Assembly: GCA_035444565.1 (NCBI GenBank)
Contig: DAOMOX010000001.1
Location: forward strand, 258,335 to 322,334
Direction: 5' to 3'
Length of the DNA stretch: 64,000 nt
Source: Candidatus Dojkabacteria bacterium
GTDB taxonomy: Bacteria; Patescibacteriota; Dojkabacteria; B142; OLB20
Position numbers and translations under genes: made by a program. Under the pieces are notes generated by a model, which did not search any database, was not told the origin of the DNA, and saw only the letters and a program-made list of their open reading frames with translations. Shown here one piece after another: positions 1 through 9,862 of this stretch (the first letter of the stretch is position 1; each line of letters starts with the position of its first letter).

Positions 1-147
1 AGAATTTTCGTGCGTAGGGGAGGACCAAATTATAAAAGAGGACTTGAATTCATGAAAAGTATAGCTGAGAAATATAATATTGAGATAACAGTACATGGTC
101 CCGAGATGTATATGACAGAGGTGGTCAAATTGGCACTAGAAACCTAA
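1..147 (+). CDS. aclB: ATP-citrate lyase beta subunit, C-terminal fragment (5'-truncated by window edge)
   Basis: Frame 1 reads RIFVRRGGPNYKRGLEFMKSIAEKYNIEITVHGPEMYMTEVVKLALET*. VRRGGPNY..GL is the citrate-binding-domain C-terminus of ACL; it lies directly upstream of the alpha subunit. Confidence 0.88.
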   Translation, partial: RIFVRRGGPNYKRGLEFMKSIAEKYNIEITVHGPEMYMTEVVKLALET

Positions 148-165
148 TAATTTATAAATTTAAAA

Positions 166-1977
166 ATGCAGGAACTATTTACGAAAAATACTAAAGTAAT
201 CTTTTATAATGAGCATCCGGTGCCTATTCAAGCAATGCTCGATTACGATTGGATTTGCGCAAAATCAGAACCATGTGTTTCTGCAATCGTAAACCCAAAG
301 AAATCGGGTTTCCATAAGACTTTTTTCGGACCAAAGGAGATACTCATACCAGTTTTCAAGATACTGGAAGAGGCCGTCCGATATGATTCAAAAGCAGATG
401 TGTTAATCAATTTTGCTTCAGTAAGAAGTAGTTTTGAGAGTACTAAAGTTGCGCTAGAAACTCCAAATATACGGACTGTGATTTTGGTAGCGGAAGGAAT
501 CCCCGAAAATCAGACCAGAGAACTTATTAGACTAGCCAAGGAAAACAAGAAATGGATAATAGGACCTTCAACAGTTGGAGCAATCAAAGCGGGTGCGATT
601 CGAGTAGGATATAGTGGTGGAAGTAGTGAAAACATCATCGAAAGCAAACTTTACCAACCTGGAAGTGTAGGAGTGGTGACAGTTTCAGGAGGAATGTCGA
701 ATGAGGTTTATAGCATAGTGAATAACAATACTGACGGTGTGAACGAAGGTGTGGCGATAGGAGGTGACACTTATCCTGGATCAACACTTTTAGAGAATGT
801 CATGAGATTACACGACAATCCTGAGATTAAAATGTTGGTAGTTTTAGGAGAAATCGGAGGCACTGACGAATACGAAATTGCAGATGCAATTAAATCAGGA
901 AAAATTAATAAGCCAGTTGTGGCATGGGTGAGTGGGACTGTTGCAGAATTATTCCCAACTGAAGTTCAATTTGGCCACGCAGGTGCGAGATCAGGTAGTC
1001 GTAAAGTATCAGCAGTAGCGAAGAACAAGGCACTTAAAGAAGCTGGGGCATTTGTTCCCAAATCATTCAATCAATTTGGTTATTTAATTAAAAAGGTTTT
1101 TGATGATGAAGTCCGAAAGAAAAAAGACTATATACTTCCTACTCAAGTAACTCCTCAAATCCCCGCGCTTGACTTTGATAGTGCAATTAGAGACGGATTA
1201 GTTAGGAGAAGTACTTCAATAATATCTGGAATCAGTGACGATAGAGGAGAGAAACTCTCTTACAATGGCGTTGATATTGATAAAATCGTTGATAAACCAT
1301 TATCTTTCACGATAAATGCACTTTGGTTTGAAAACCGACTGGATAAAACCGGGATGGATTTCCTAGAATTGTGCTTGAAACTAACTGCAGATCACGGACC
1401 AGCAGTTGTAACAGCACATAACGCAATTACTACAGCTAGAGCTGGTAAGGACTTGGTTTCTTCTGTAGTTTCTGGACTCTTAACAATTGGACCGAGACAT
1501 GGTGGAGCAATTAATGATGCAGCAAAATGGCAGTTCGAATGTATCACCAATCAAATTGATTCAGCAGATTTTGTAAAGGAGATGAATTCTAAAGGGGAAT
1601 TAATTATGGGAATAGGGCATAGAATCAAATCTATTCAAAATCCAGATGAGAGAGTTCAACTAATTAAGAAATTTGCTAAAAAAAATCTAAAACAGACAGA
1701 ACATTTGGAATTTGCTTTAGAAGTGGAGAACGAAACTACGAAGAAAAAGAACAACTTGATCCTGAATGTCGATGGAGCAATCGGAGCAGTTTTCTTGGAC
1801 ATTTTAAAGTCCAATAAATATGAGGATGAAGAAATTTTGGAACTGATTGAAATGGAATTGTTTAATGCGATATTTTTACTAGGTAGAACAATAGGAATCA
1901 TAGGACATGTATTAGACCAGAAAAGAATGAAGGAGCCGCTTTACAGGCACCCTTGGGACGATATTTTGTATAAGTAA
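166..1977 (+). CDS. aclA: ATP-citrate lyase alpha subunit (CoA-binding/phospho-His domains plus citryl-CoA lyase domain)
   Basis: IIGPSTVGAIK, AIGGDTYPGS, QFGHAGA (phospho-His), then citrate-synthase-like ADHGPAV, IGPRHGGA, GIGHRIKS, NVDGAIG and LYRHPWDDI. Confidence 0.92.
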   Translation: MQELFTKNTKVIFYNEHPVPIQAMLDYDWICAKSEPCVSAIVNPKKSGFHKTFFGPKEILIPVFKILEEAVRYDSKADVLINFASVRSSFESTKVALETPNIRTVILVAEGIPENQTRELIRLAKENKKWIIGPSTVGAIKAGAIRVGYSGGSSENIIESKLYQPGSVGVVTVSGGMSNEVYSIVNNNTDGVNEGVAIGGDTYPGSTLLENVMRLHDNPEIKMLVVLGEIGGTDEYEIADAIKSGKINKPVVAWVSGTVAELFPTEVQFGHAGARSGSRKVSAVAKNKALKEAGAFVPKSFNQFGYLIKKVFDDEVRKKKDYILPTQVTPQIPALDFDSAIRDGLVRRSTSIISGISDDRGEKLSYNGVDIDKIVDKPLSFTINALWFENRLDKTGMDFLELCLKLTADHGPAVVTAHNAITTARAGKDLVSSVVSGLLTIGPRHGGAINDAAKWQFECITNQIDSADFVKEMNSKGELIMGIGHRIKSIQNPDERVQLIKKFAKKNLKQTEHLEFALEVENETTKKKNNLILNVDGAIGAVFLDILKSNKYEDEEILELIEMELFNAIFLLGRTIGIIGHVLDQKRMKEPLYRHPWDDILYK

Positions 1978-2022
1978 TGGGTGTTGAGTATAATTATTTC
2001 AATTAATCATTAACCTTACAGG

Positions 2023-3021
2023 ATGAACATACTATTAACAGGCGGAGCAGGGTATATCGGATCACATTGCACTTTAGAGTTGATAAAAAGAGGCCATAAA
2101 GTAACCGTACTGGACAATCTCGAGCGAGGTCACCAAGAAACACTAGATTCAATCAAGCAACAAGCAGGGGAGTTTGAATTTTTAAAACTCGACCTACGAA
2201 ACCTTACTGATCTTCGAAACGGATTGAGAGACAAGCAATTTGATGCAGTGATACACTTTGCCGCTTATATTGACGTAGGAGAATCAGTCAGAGAACCTGC
2301 AAAGTATTTTGAGAATAATGTAGTAGGTAGCCAATATTTATTCCAGATACTTTTAGAAAATAAAGTAAATAATGTAATTTTCTCTTCAAGTGCTGCAGTT
2401 TATGGGACACAAGAAATCGTTCCAATTCCAGAAACCGCAGAAAAGCATCCTGACAGCCCTTATGGGGAAACGAAGTTATTGATGGAAATGATTCTTGAAA
2501 ACTATTGCCAATATTCAGGTATGAACGCCGTGGCTTTGAGATATTTCAATCCATCTGGAGCAGAAGGGAACATAGGGGAGAGGCATTACCCAGAAACTCA
2601 TGCAGTTCCTCGAGTATTAAAAGCATTGATGGATGATAATTTCACATTCGGAGTTTTCGGAGATGACTATAATACTCCTGATGGTAGTTGTATCCGAGAC
2701 TTTATTCATATTCAAGACTTAGTAGATGCCCATATCGCCTGTATAGATTTTTTGAACAATAACAAAGGTTTCCATGCATTTAATGTAGCTACTGGTAAAG
2801 GCACAAGTGTTTTAGAGCTAATAAATACAGCAGAGGAGGTATCTGGTAGAAAATTAGACTACAAAATCCAACCAAGACGAGAAGGCGATCCAGCACAACT
2901 TGTTGCAGACCCCATAAAAATCAACTCAGAGATTGGCTGGAAAGCTAAATTTGATATCAAAGACATCCTCAAGTCAGCTTGGGAGTTCGAACAGAAACGC
3001 CCGGAGAGCGATTATCAGTGA
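2023..3021 (+). CDS. galE: UDP-glucose 4-epimerase
   Basis: TGGAGYIGSH, FSSSAAVYG, YGETK, LRYFN, DGSCIRDFIH. Confidence 0.93.
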   Translation: MNILLTGGAGYIGSHCTLELIKRGHKVTVLDNLERGHQETLDSIKQQAGEFEFLKLDLRNLTDLRNGLRDKQFDAVIHFAAYIDVGESVREPAKYFENNVVGSQYLFQILLENKVNNVIFSSSAAVYGTQEIVPIPETAEKHPDSPYGETKLLMEMILENYCQYSGMNAVALRYFNPSGAEGNIGERHYPETHAVPRVLKALMDDNFTFGVFGDDYNTPDGSCIRDFIHIQDLVDAHIACIDFLNNNKGFHAFNVATGKGTSVLELINTAEEVSGRKLDYKIQPRREGDPAQLVADPIKINSEIGWKAKFDIKDILKSAWEFEQKRPESDYQ

Positions 3022-3059
3022 GGTAGTATCCTGGTTTAACAAGTAATCCCACCCCCGAA

Positions 3060-3451
3060 GTCATTCCGCGGTTTAACCGCGGAATCTCGTTCTTCCTATG
3101 GGTACGCTAGAGAAAGTATACGAGACTCCGTGCTTAAAGCACGGAGTGACGGCGAGTATGGCATTCCTAGGAAAATCCACCCCGAAGTCTTCCCGTGGTT
3201 TAACCACGGGAACCCGTTTTACCGATAAGCACGGAATTTCGTTCTTCCTATAAGTGCGCTTGAAAGATTATACGAGACTCCGCGATTAAATCGCGGAGTG
3301 ACGGCGAGTGGGGTATTCCAAGGAAATCCGACCTAGTGGTCGTTCCGCGGCTTGACTGCGGAACCTCGTTCTTCCTTTAGGTGCGCTTGAGAAAGTATAC
3401 GGGACTCCGTGGTCCCTCCCTTTCGGCAGGGCAAGCAAGCCACGGAGAGAC
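3060..3451. repeat. REP/BIME-like paired-palindrome cluster 1 (3 units)
   Basis: Units at 3060-3150, 3187-3302 and 3339-3451. Each is GTC(A)TTCCGCGG-TTTAA-CCGCGGAATCTCGT, a ~29-nt middle, then ACGAGACTCCG..-TTAAA-..CGGAGTGAC, joined by similar ~36-nt linkers. Confidence 0.9.
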
Positions 3452-3473
3452 TTCAGACAACTTAACCCCATAC

Positions 3474-3518
3474 TTATCCACAATCGATACAAAAGTTTTA
3501 GCCCTATAGTTATCCACA
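3474..3518 (+). promoter_or_regulatory. Two perfect DnaA boxes (TTATCCACA)
   Basis: TTATCCACA at 3474-3482 and 3510-3518; near-match TTAACCCCA at 3462-3470; intergenic. Confidence 0.5.
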
Positions 3519-3671
3519 TTTGTTAACTTATCGTATCTTTTTCGTATCTCCCTTATTTGACTTATGCTGTGAAACAATTAAAGTGTATATCGAAAATTTA
3601 CCAAATATCGCCCTACTCTCGTTACAAAAATTCCAAAACTATGGTTTAATACAGGTATAGCTTTTTTCACT

Positions 3672-4754
3672 ATGAAAATAGGAATAGATTTATCCCCCGT
3701 AGAGAAAGATCCAGCCGGTATAGGCCAATATTCACTTAGCCTGTTCACTGAATTATGCAAGATTGATAAAAAGAACACATATATTGTTTACACCACTGCC
3801 CCATTTCTGTTCGCAAATACAAAAAACAAAGTAATCAAAGTAAATAAAAAACTACCTGCTTATGGAAGTCGATGGATGAAATCCGTTGCAGAAGATGCGA
3901 AAAAGGAAGAATTGGATTTGTTCATCTCCCCTTCTAATCATCTTTTCACAAAGCTATTTCCCAAAACTATCCAGTATGTCCACGATTTGGCACCTATAAA
4001 ATATCCGAAATTCTTCGGAAGGAGAGCCTCACTCAAATACAAAGCCACTCTTAAGCTTGCTACTTCAAAGGCTTTGCAGATTCTAACCATAAGCCAGTCA
4101 GTTAAAGATGAAATCGTTAATGCGTATCCGAAAACTAAGGGAAAGATTAACTACATTTATCCTGGTTTGAATAAATGGATTGAACTTGAGAACAAAGATC
4201 CTAATGCAATTATGGATAAATATGCCATTGATTATGACTACATTCTTACCTTGAGCACACTTGAACCTCGAAAGAACCATATTAATATGATTAAAGCATT
4301 CCATTTATTCAAAAAATCCACTAACTCACCACTGAAATTCGCAATTATTGGCAAGAAGGGTTGGTTCTTTGATGAGATTTTCAAAATCGTTGCAGACCTC
4401 AACCTAGAGACCGAGGTTAAGTTCCTAGGCTATGTACCTAATCAAGAACTCAACCCAATTATAAAGAAAGCAAAAGCATTTATGTTCATGAGCTTTTATG
4501 AAGGATTCGGTATTCCTCCCATCGAGGCATTAAGTCTAAATGTGAAAACACTTGTTTCCGATATCCCAATCTTCCATGAAGCTTTTCAGGACAAAGTCGT
4601 GTATACAGATCCCTATTCACCTGATAAAATAGCCCTTGCAATACAAAAGATCCTGGAACGAAATCACCAAAATACAGAGAAGTTCGTAGAGGATCGATAT
4701 AGCTGGGAAAAGTCAGCGCACAAACTATTATCGATTATTAATGAGTATAGATAA
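3672..4754 (+). CDS. Glycosyltransferase family 4 (GT-B, WbpY/MtfB-like)
   Basis: GIGQY near the N-terminus, VHDL, TLEPRKN, EGFGIPPIEA. Confidence 0.9.
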   Translation: MKIGIDLSPVEKDPAGIGQYSLSLFTELCKIDKKNTYIVYTTAPFLFANTKNKVIKVNKKLPAYGSRWMKSVAEDAKKEELDLFISPSNHLFTKLFPKTIQYVHDLAPIKYPKFFGRRASLKYKATLKLATSKALQILTISQSVKDEIVNAYPKTKGKINYIYPGLNKWIELENKDPNAIMDKYAIDYDYILTLSTLEPRKNHINMIKAFHLFKKSTNSPLKFAIIGKKGWFFDEIFKIVADLNLETEVKFLGYVPNQELNPIIKKAKAFMFMSFYEGFGIPPIEALSLNVKTLVSDIPIFHEAFQDKVVYTDPYSPDKIALAIQKILERNHQNTEKFVEDRYSWEKSAHKLLSIINEYR

Positions 4755-5292
4755 AAAAATATTAAAACAGTTTACCAAAGACGCAATTCGGAACCCCCTC
4801 TCTGTTTTTAAATACAGCTTTTTTAGATATATATTAATCGGAGTTTTAACGGTATTTGTGGGATTTGGAATTTTTAATTTCATTTCACTTACATCTGATA
4901 TTCACGGAGGAGCTGCAAACTTCATAGCAACCTTAATTTCATTAATATTTAATTTTTCCATGTCATACGCCTGGACTTTCAAGGTTCAGGGTAAACAAAA
5001 GATTAGAAGTCTTACAAGATACTCTATTCTTGCAGCCTTTAATCTGAGTTTCGAGACATTTTCCATGTATGGTTTCATAGAGTTACTTGAGTCTAGATTA
5101 ATAGACTTTTTGTTAAAGAGTCCAAATGTTGTGAAATTTGCCGACTTCATATTGGTCGAAATGAGCTTCTACGAAGGAACCCAGGAAGGACTTATGCAGG
5201 CAATATTGCGAAACTTACTTAAAGTGATTGCGTTATTAATGATCATTTCTTGGAATTTTGTACTCTATAAGAGATGGGTTTTTAAGAGATAA
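4741..5292 (+). CDS. GtrA-family membrane protein (polyprenol-P-sugar flippase-like)
   Basis: FFRYILIG...NFSMSYAWTFK...WNFVLYKRWVFK; several hydrophobic helices. Confidence 0.8.
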   Translation: MSIDKKILKQFTKDAIRNPLSVFKYSFFRYILIGVLTVFVGFGIFNFISLTSDIHGGAANFIATLISLIFNFSMSYAWTFKVQGKQKIRSLTRYSILAAFNLSFETFSMYGFIELLESRLIDFLLKSPNVVKFADFILVEMSFYEGTQEGLMQAILRNLLKVIALLMIISWNFVLYKRWVFKR

Positions 5293-5306
5293 CGATACAT
5301 CTCGTA

Positions 5307-5418
5307 GTCATTCCGTGCTTTAAGCACGGAATCCCGATTTTCCTATAGGTGCGTTTGAGTGGGCTTACGAGACTCCGCGGTCCCTCCCTTCCGGCAGGGC
5401 AGGTAATCGCGGAGTGAC
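5307..5418. repeat. REP/BIME-like paired-palindrome, single unit (cluster 2)
   Basis: GTCATTCCGTGC-TTTAA-GCACGGAATCCCG ... ACGAGACTCCGCGG-[insert]-TCGCGGAGTGAC, between convergent genes. Confidence 0.88.
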
Positions 5419-5432
5419 AGATGGGGCCAAAG

Positions 5433-7643
5433 CTAAACGTACATTCCCAAAACTTCCCTACTCTGCTTCTCCCACGAATTCTCTTCTACATACCTACGGA
5501 CTTTGGAAAGTTCACTCTGATACAAATTATTATCTTCAAAGAGTCTTTTCACGCCATCAACGATGGTTTGTGGTTTGTTGTCGCCTATACGGTAGCCGAC
5601 ATCACCAAGATCACTAAAAATCGCGGAATTTGAAATAACAACTGGTCGTTGAGAAGCAAAAGAATATCGTACTGCCCCACTCGCCCCTTCTTGTAAATCG
5701 GAATATGGAAGTACTATCACATCTGCAATGTGTAACAATTTGATAATCTCTTGTTTTTCAATAAAATCCGAAACAAAGATGACATTATCCTCTAGATTAT
5801 TTTCTTTAACCATCTCTTTCATCTGGTGAAAAACTGCTGAAGATGTTGAATTATCAGTATTTACAGCGTTGACACTCAACAACAATATTTGTGGAAAATC
5901 ATTTTTTAGAATTTTAAGTGCATCAATTGTTTCTAACAATCCTTTGTGTTCGTGAATTAAACCATGGGAGGCAATTATAGGAGTGTTTTTTAATTCCAAT
6001 TTTTCTCTGAGCTTAAGTTTGTTTTCATCAGTGAAAACTCTTACTCCATGTGTAAAGATTTCTGTATTATTCATACCACCCTGCTTTAGTTTCTCAAAGT
6101 CTTTTTGCGAATGGACAATTATTTTATCTACACGAGACACCTCTTCAGCATATTTCTTGAGATTAATTTCTGGAATAGAATGAATTGTCAAAAACACTTT
6201 TTTCTCTCTATTTTTTAATTCTTTAACAAGATTTGATAATGATTCGAGAGAATAAAATGGCCCATTGTATTGAATATGAACTATTTCAGGGCCAAACTTA
6301 TCAATTTCTGACAAAGTGGAGGTAAAGTCTTTTTCCGAATATTCCCATGTTCTAACGATTTTTTCATCGTCCTTGAATACAATTTCAGCGTCTGAGTTAG
6401 CGAAGTATCGAACATCTTCAAAAGCTCCTTCGATCAAAGGGTATAAATCCCGACTGTATTCAGCAATTCCGCATTTAGAGTTGTACGTCGTTATTACAGC
6501 TAATTTCTGCTCTTTTAATGGTTTAATTTTCTTCAAATATTCTATGAATTCTAGTACTTTCTTAGAAGTCCACTCCCAAGTTAGAGTCTTGGCTGTGTTA
6601 TATGCTTTCTCGACTTTTGAATTAACTTCCAACTCACCACGATTCTCGAAAAGATAACGCATTGTTTTCTTAAGTTGCTCAATGTCTGGTTCTGCCCAGA
6701 AGGAATTGTGCAAATCTAATTGAGACTCGGCTTTAACCAATTCGTAATCAATTAACCACGTATTTTCTTCGGAAACGAAATCCATCTGTCCACTATACGC
6801 AGTTGTAACGACAGGAAGCTGCTTTAACATTGCTTCAGCGACAGGCAATCCAAATCCTTCCGCCCTACTTGGAATAATTACAGCATCAACTTGTTCGTAC
6901 AGAGAAGCAATCTGGCCCTCAGTTAAATTCAAATCATAGATAACGTCGATTTCAGGAGAATTGCTTTTATCCAAGTCTTTTAATAACTCGGGGATAATGT
7001 TTGATTCGTTTCGGTAAGTTTTAATCACAAGTGCAACATCTTCAGAAACATCAAACTCTTCTGTGAAAGCTTTGATTAATACATCCACTCCTTTTCGAGG
7101 TAAACCAGAACTTATATGGAGAAACTTATAGCTTTTTTTAGTTTTCAATTTATATTCTTCGGACTTTAATAAGTTTTGATTTATTCCTTCGCTGACATTC
7201 ACAATCGGAATTGTCAAACCAGAGTTTCGCATGACTTGTAAGACATGTTCGCTGGTGACCATCAATCCATGTAACTCTCGATTAAATTCTTCAATGATTT
7301 TATGTGGAAAAACGGATTCCTCCCAAGCCAGATAGCCGATTTTTATGTCCGCATCAACTTTATCCAAGCCGAAACTGTGAGGGAATGTTTTGGGGAAAGT
7401 ATTGATAATCGCAACTGCACTATGCTCTTTATCTTCAGCATACAAATCCTTGAGTAATGGATATCTTAAAAGATCATCTTTTGTAGGAAGACGATCAGCA
7501 AGATTGTGGTCACCCCAGAGCTTTATATCGTATTTATCTGTGAGAGATACCAGACTTGTCGCTAGTTCTCGGTTCACTTTCGCCAATGAATACTCAGTAG
7601 CAAAAGGTCCGATGATTCGAATTTCAGGCTTATTTTGACTCAT
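5433..7643 (-). CDS. Tandem two-domain GT4 glycosyltransferase
   Basis: First GT-B domain: PRKGVDVL, SRAEGFGLPVAEAM. Second: KCGIAEYS, HKGLLET, LPY..EGASGA. Confidence 0.87.
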   Translation of the reverse strand: MSQNKPEIRIIGPFATEYSLAKVNRELATSLVSLTDKYDIKLWGDHNLADRLPTKDDLLRYPLLKDLYAEDKEHSAVAIINTFPKTFPHSFGLDKVDADIKIGYLAWEESVFPHKIIEEFNRELHGLMVTSEHVLQVMRNSGLTIPIVNVSEGINQNLLKSEEYKLKTKKSYKFLHISSGLPRKGVDVLIKAFTEEFDVSEDVALVIKTYRNESNIIPELLKDLDKSNSPEIDVIYDLNLTEGQIASLYEQVDAVIIPSRAEGFGLPVAEAMLKQLPVVTTAYSGQMDFVSEENTWLIDYELVKAESQLDLHNSFWAEPDIEQLKKTMRYLFENRGELEVNSKVEKAYNTAKTLTWEWTSKKVLEFIEYLKKIKPLKEQKLAVITTYNSKCGIAEYSRDLYPLIEGAFEDVRYFANSDAEIVFKDDEKIVRTWEYSEKDFTSTLSEIDKFGPEIVHIQYNGPFYSLESLSNLVKELKNREKKVFLTIHSIPEINLKKYAEEVSRVDKIIVHSQKDFEKLKQGGMNNTEIFTHGVRVFTDENKLKLREKLELKNTPIIASHGLIHEHKGLLETIDALKILKNDFPQILLLSVNAVNTDNSTSSAVFHQMKEMVKENNLEDNVIFVSDFIEKQEIIKLLHIADVIVLPYSDLQEGASGAVRYSFASQRPVVISNSAIFSDLGDVGYRIGDNKPQTIVDGVKRLFEDNNLYQSELSKVRRYVEENSWEKQSREVLGMYV

Positions 7644-8031
7644 CTTTATTTTTTCCTTCTAATTTATCGAGTCTTTCCTTTAAATCGCGATTTTCATTAT
7701 ATAAATGCATTAATAATGTGTATGAATTGTCATTGAATTTCTGTTGCCTCATAACACTCTTCTCGACTACGTTTCTCGCGACATTACCAATTTTTCCAAG
7801 TGTAAGATTTTTCAATTTGCCAATTATACCTGATTTCTCAAATAGAAAAGGCTCGTATATAAATCTCCCAGCATCGCGGAACTTATCCAATGCAGGGAGA
7901 AGATAAGTTTCTACTTCATTCTCAAGTTCAACCTTGTCTTGAGTTGATAAACCCTCTTTTTTTAGGACTTGCCTTACCCTATCGAGCAACTGCTCTCCTC
8001 TTACGACTGACTCTTGTTTCGAATTAGACAT
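7630..8031 (-). CDS. Hypothetical protein with C-terminal coiled coil (glycan-locus associated)
   Basis: 133-aa ORF overlapping the GT4 start by 14 nt; RQQKFN..coiled-coil pattern. Confidence 0.65.
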   Translation of the reverse strand: MSNSKQESVVRGEQLLDRVRQVLKKEGLSTQDKVELENEVETYLLPALDKFRDAGRFIYEPFLFEKSGIIGKLKNLTLGKIGNVARNVVEKSVMRQQKFNDNSYTLLMHLYNENRDLKERLDKLEGKNKDESK

Positions 8032-8088
8032 GATTTACTATTACTAATGGTAGAATTCTACTATAATAAACTGCTAAATTAAACTTCC

Positions 8089-8898
8089 ATGGAGAAACAA
8101 CCTCTTGTAGCGATAATAATCGTGACCTGGAACAATCAGGATGAAATACGCGATTGTCTAGACTCCATAAAGAGATCCAACTACGAGCACCACAAAGTTG
8201 TTATTGTCGATAATGCTTCAAAAGACTCCACTACGGAAATAATAGATCAAGAATATTCCGAATTCGACTTAATCAAGAATGAAAAGAACTCACATTTCAC
8301 TGGCGGGAACAATATCGGCTTTAAGTATGCAATTGAGAAATATAATCCTGATTTTTTGATGATATTAAATCCTGATACGATTATTGATGCTGATGTGATT
8401 CATAAATTAGTCCAAATTTCTCAGAAAGACCATCTAGTTGGTGCAGTCGGACCAAAAATAAAGTTCAAAGGCGGCAAAAACGACGGTAAAATTAATTCAG
8501 CCAGCCTCTTCTATGATAATTTCCACTCTGCTTATGATCTCGGATTTGGGGAAGTCGACCAAGGTCAATTTAATGAGACGAAAGAAGTTTTTGCGGTGAC
8601 TGGTACTTGTATTTTATTTCGAACAGAAGTGATTAAAAAAACTGGTGGATTCTGGGAAATATTAAAAATGTACACAGACGAAGTTGAATTATTGATAAGG
8701 GTTCACAAACTAGGCTGGAAAGTTATCTATACTGGAGAAGTGACTGTCTGGCATAAATATATGAAGTCCACTAACCAAGAACATGAGACAAATTATGATA
8801 AACTGAAGATGAGAAATTGGTTACTCATCGCTTTAAGACACTACAGTATACGTGATAGACTCAGAATGATTCGAGATTATCTTAAATTTATTTTTTAA
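8089..8898 (+). CDS. GT2 glycosyltransferase (rhamnosyltransferase-like)
   Basis: IIVTWN, VDNASKD, GGNNIG, LNPDT; precedes the rml genes. Confidence 0.87.
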   Translation: MEKQPLVAIIIVTWNNQDEIRDCLDSIKRSNYEHHKVVIVDNASKDSTTEIIDQEYSEFDLIKNEKNSHFTGGNNIGFKYAIEKYNPDFLMILNPDTIIDADVIHKLVQISQKDHLVGAVGPKIKFKGGKNDGKINSASLFYDNFHSAYDLGFGEVDQGQFNETKEVFAVTGTCILFRTEVIKKTGGFWEILKMYTDEVELLIRVHKLGWKVIYTGEVTVWHKYMKSTNQEHETNYDKLKMRNWLLIALRHYSIRDRLRMIRDYLKFIF

Positions 8899-8907
8899 TA
8901 TTTTTCA

Positions 8908-9435
8908 ATGAAGCCATCACAAGTTACTGAAGAATGGTTGAAGAAACAAAAGTTCACCATCGAGAAAGGAATCACTATCGAAGGAGTATTTATGAAAGAA
9001 TTGAAAGCCCATGTTGATGATCGAGGAGATGTTATCGAACTTTGGAGTACTGCATGGCCAGAATATAAAGATGGGACTGTTATCAATACAACCCACAGCT
9101 ATCAAAGTGCTACTGACCCTGGAGTTGTGAAATGTTGGCATTTACACGAAATTCATACTGACCAGTTCACCGTAACTAGAGGTAAACTACAAGTTTCATT
9201 GGTGGATATTAGAGAAGGCTCCCCTACTTTCGGCAAAGCTAATTATATTATCATGGGGGAAGGAATTCCTAGGTTTTTGAAAATTCCAGCAGGAATTATG
9301 CATGGATGGAAAGCACTTGGAGACAAAGAGAGCATCGTGGTGAATTATCAATCCCACCCATATGACGCAAACGACGAATACAAATACACTTGGGACTGCG
9401 TTTTACCTGAGATTTGGGGACCACACAATGGCTAA
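8908..9435 (+). CDS. rfbC: dTDP-4-dehydrorhamnose 3,5-epimerase-family cupin
   Basis: DDRGDVIE, WHLH, DIREGSPTFG, IPAGIMHG. Confidence 0.8.
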   Translation: MKPSQVTEEWLKKQKFTIEKGITIEGVFMKELKAHVDDRGDVIELWSTAWPEYKDGTVINTTHSYQSATDPGVVKCWHLHEIHTDQFTVTRGKLQVSLVDIREGSPTFGKANYIIMGEGIPRFLKIPAGIMHGWKALGDKESIVVNYQSHPYDANDEYKYTWDCVLPEIWGPHNG

Positions 9436-9862
9436 TCAAAAAGTCGAAGTATTTAAGTTCAATAATATCGGCGACAGCAAAGGTCCAGTAATCAATCTTG
9501 ATTTCAGTGGGAAAGATATTGTCGAAATGCCTGTGTTCTATAGAGAATCGGAATCCAACCCCGAAGGTCACTTTCATAAAGGTACTGATGAATCATTCGA
9601 TCCACAATATGTTTATGTTTTGAAAGGTAAAATGGAATTTACCTGTATTTACCCCGAAGGTCGAACTGAAGTTCTACTTGTTGATGAATTACATGGAATC
9701 ATACTCCCAAAGTTGGTTTACCACAGATATAAAACATTAGAATACACGATATTTTGTGAGCCCAGACTTGAGAAGTACGACATTAACAATAACGACAAAA
9801 TCATCTGCTCAGCAGAGGATTATCCAAAGATAATTTCTGAAATATTAAAAAATGAAGAGTAA
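9428..9862 (+). CDS. Cupin-fold protein, FdtA/QdtA-like sugar isomerase candidate
   Basis: Probable start at ATG 9428 (MANQKVEV...), overlapping the upstream stop. GDSKG, GHFHK, VLKG and LPKLVYH fit a cupin pattern. Confidence 0.6.
   Translation: MANQKVEVFKFNNIGDSKGPVINLDFSGKDIVEMPVFYRESESNPEGHFHKGTDESFDPQYVYVLKGKMEFTCIYPEGRTEVLLVDELHGIILPKLVYHRYKTLEYTIFCEPRLEKYDINNNDKIICSAEDYPKIISEILKNEE

Noticed and set aside
3060-3451. Repeat clusters as CRISPR arrays
   Set aside because: The repeats alternate in orientation, the intervening sequences resemble each other rather than being unique spacers, and no cas genes are present.
3286-3778. Short ORFs 3286-3519, 3377-3577 and 3578-3778 on the minus strand
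   Set aside because: They run through palindromic repeats or antisense to the GT4 gene and have no protein-like features.
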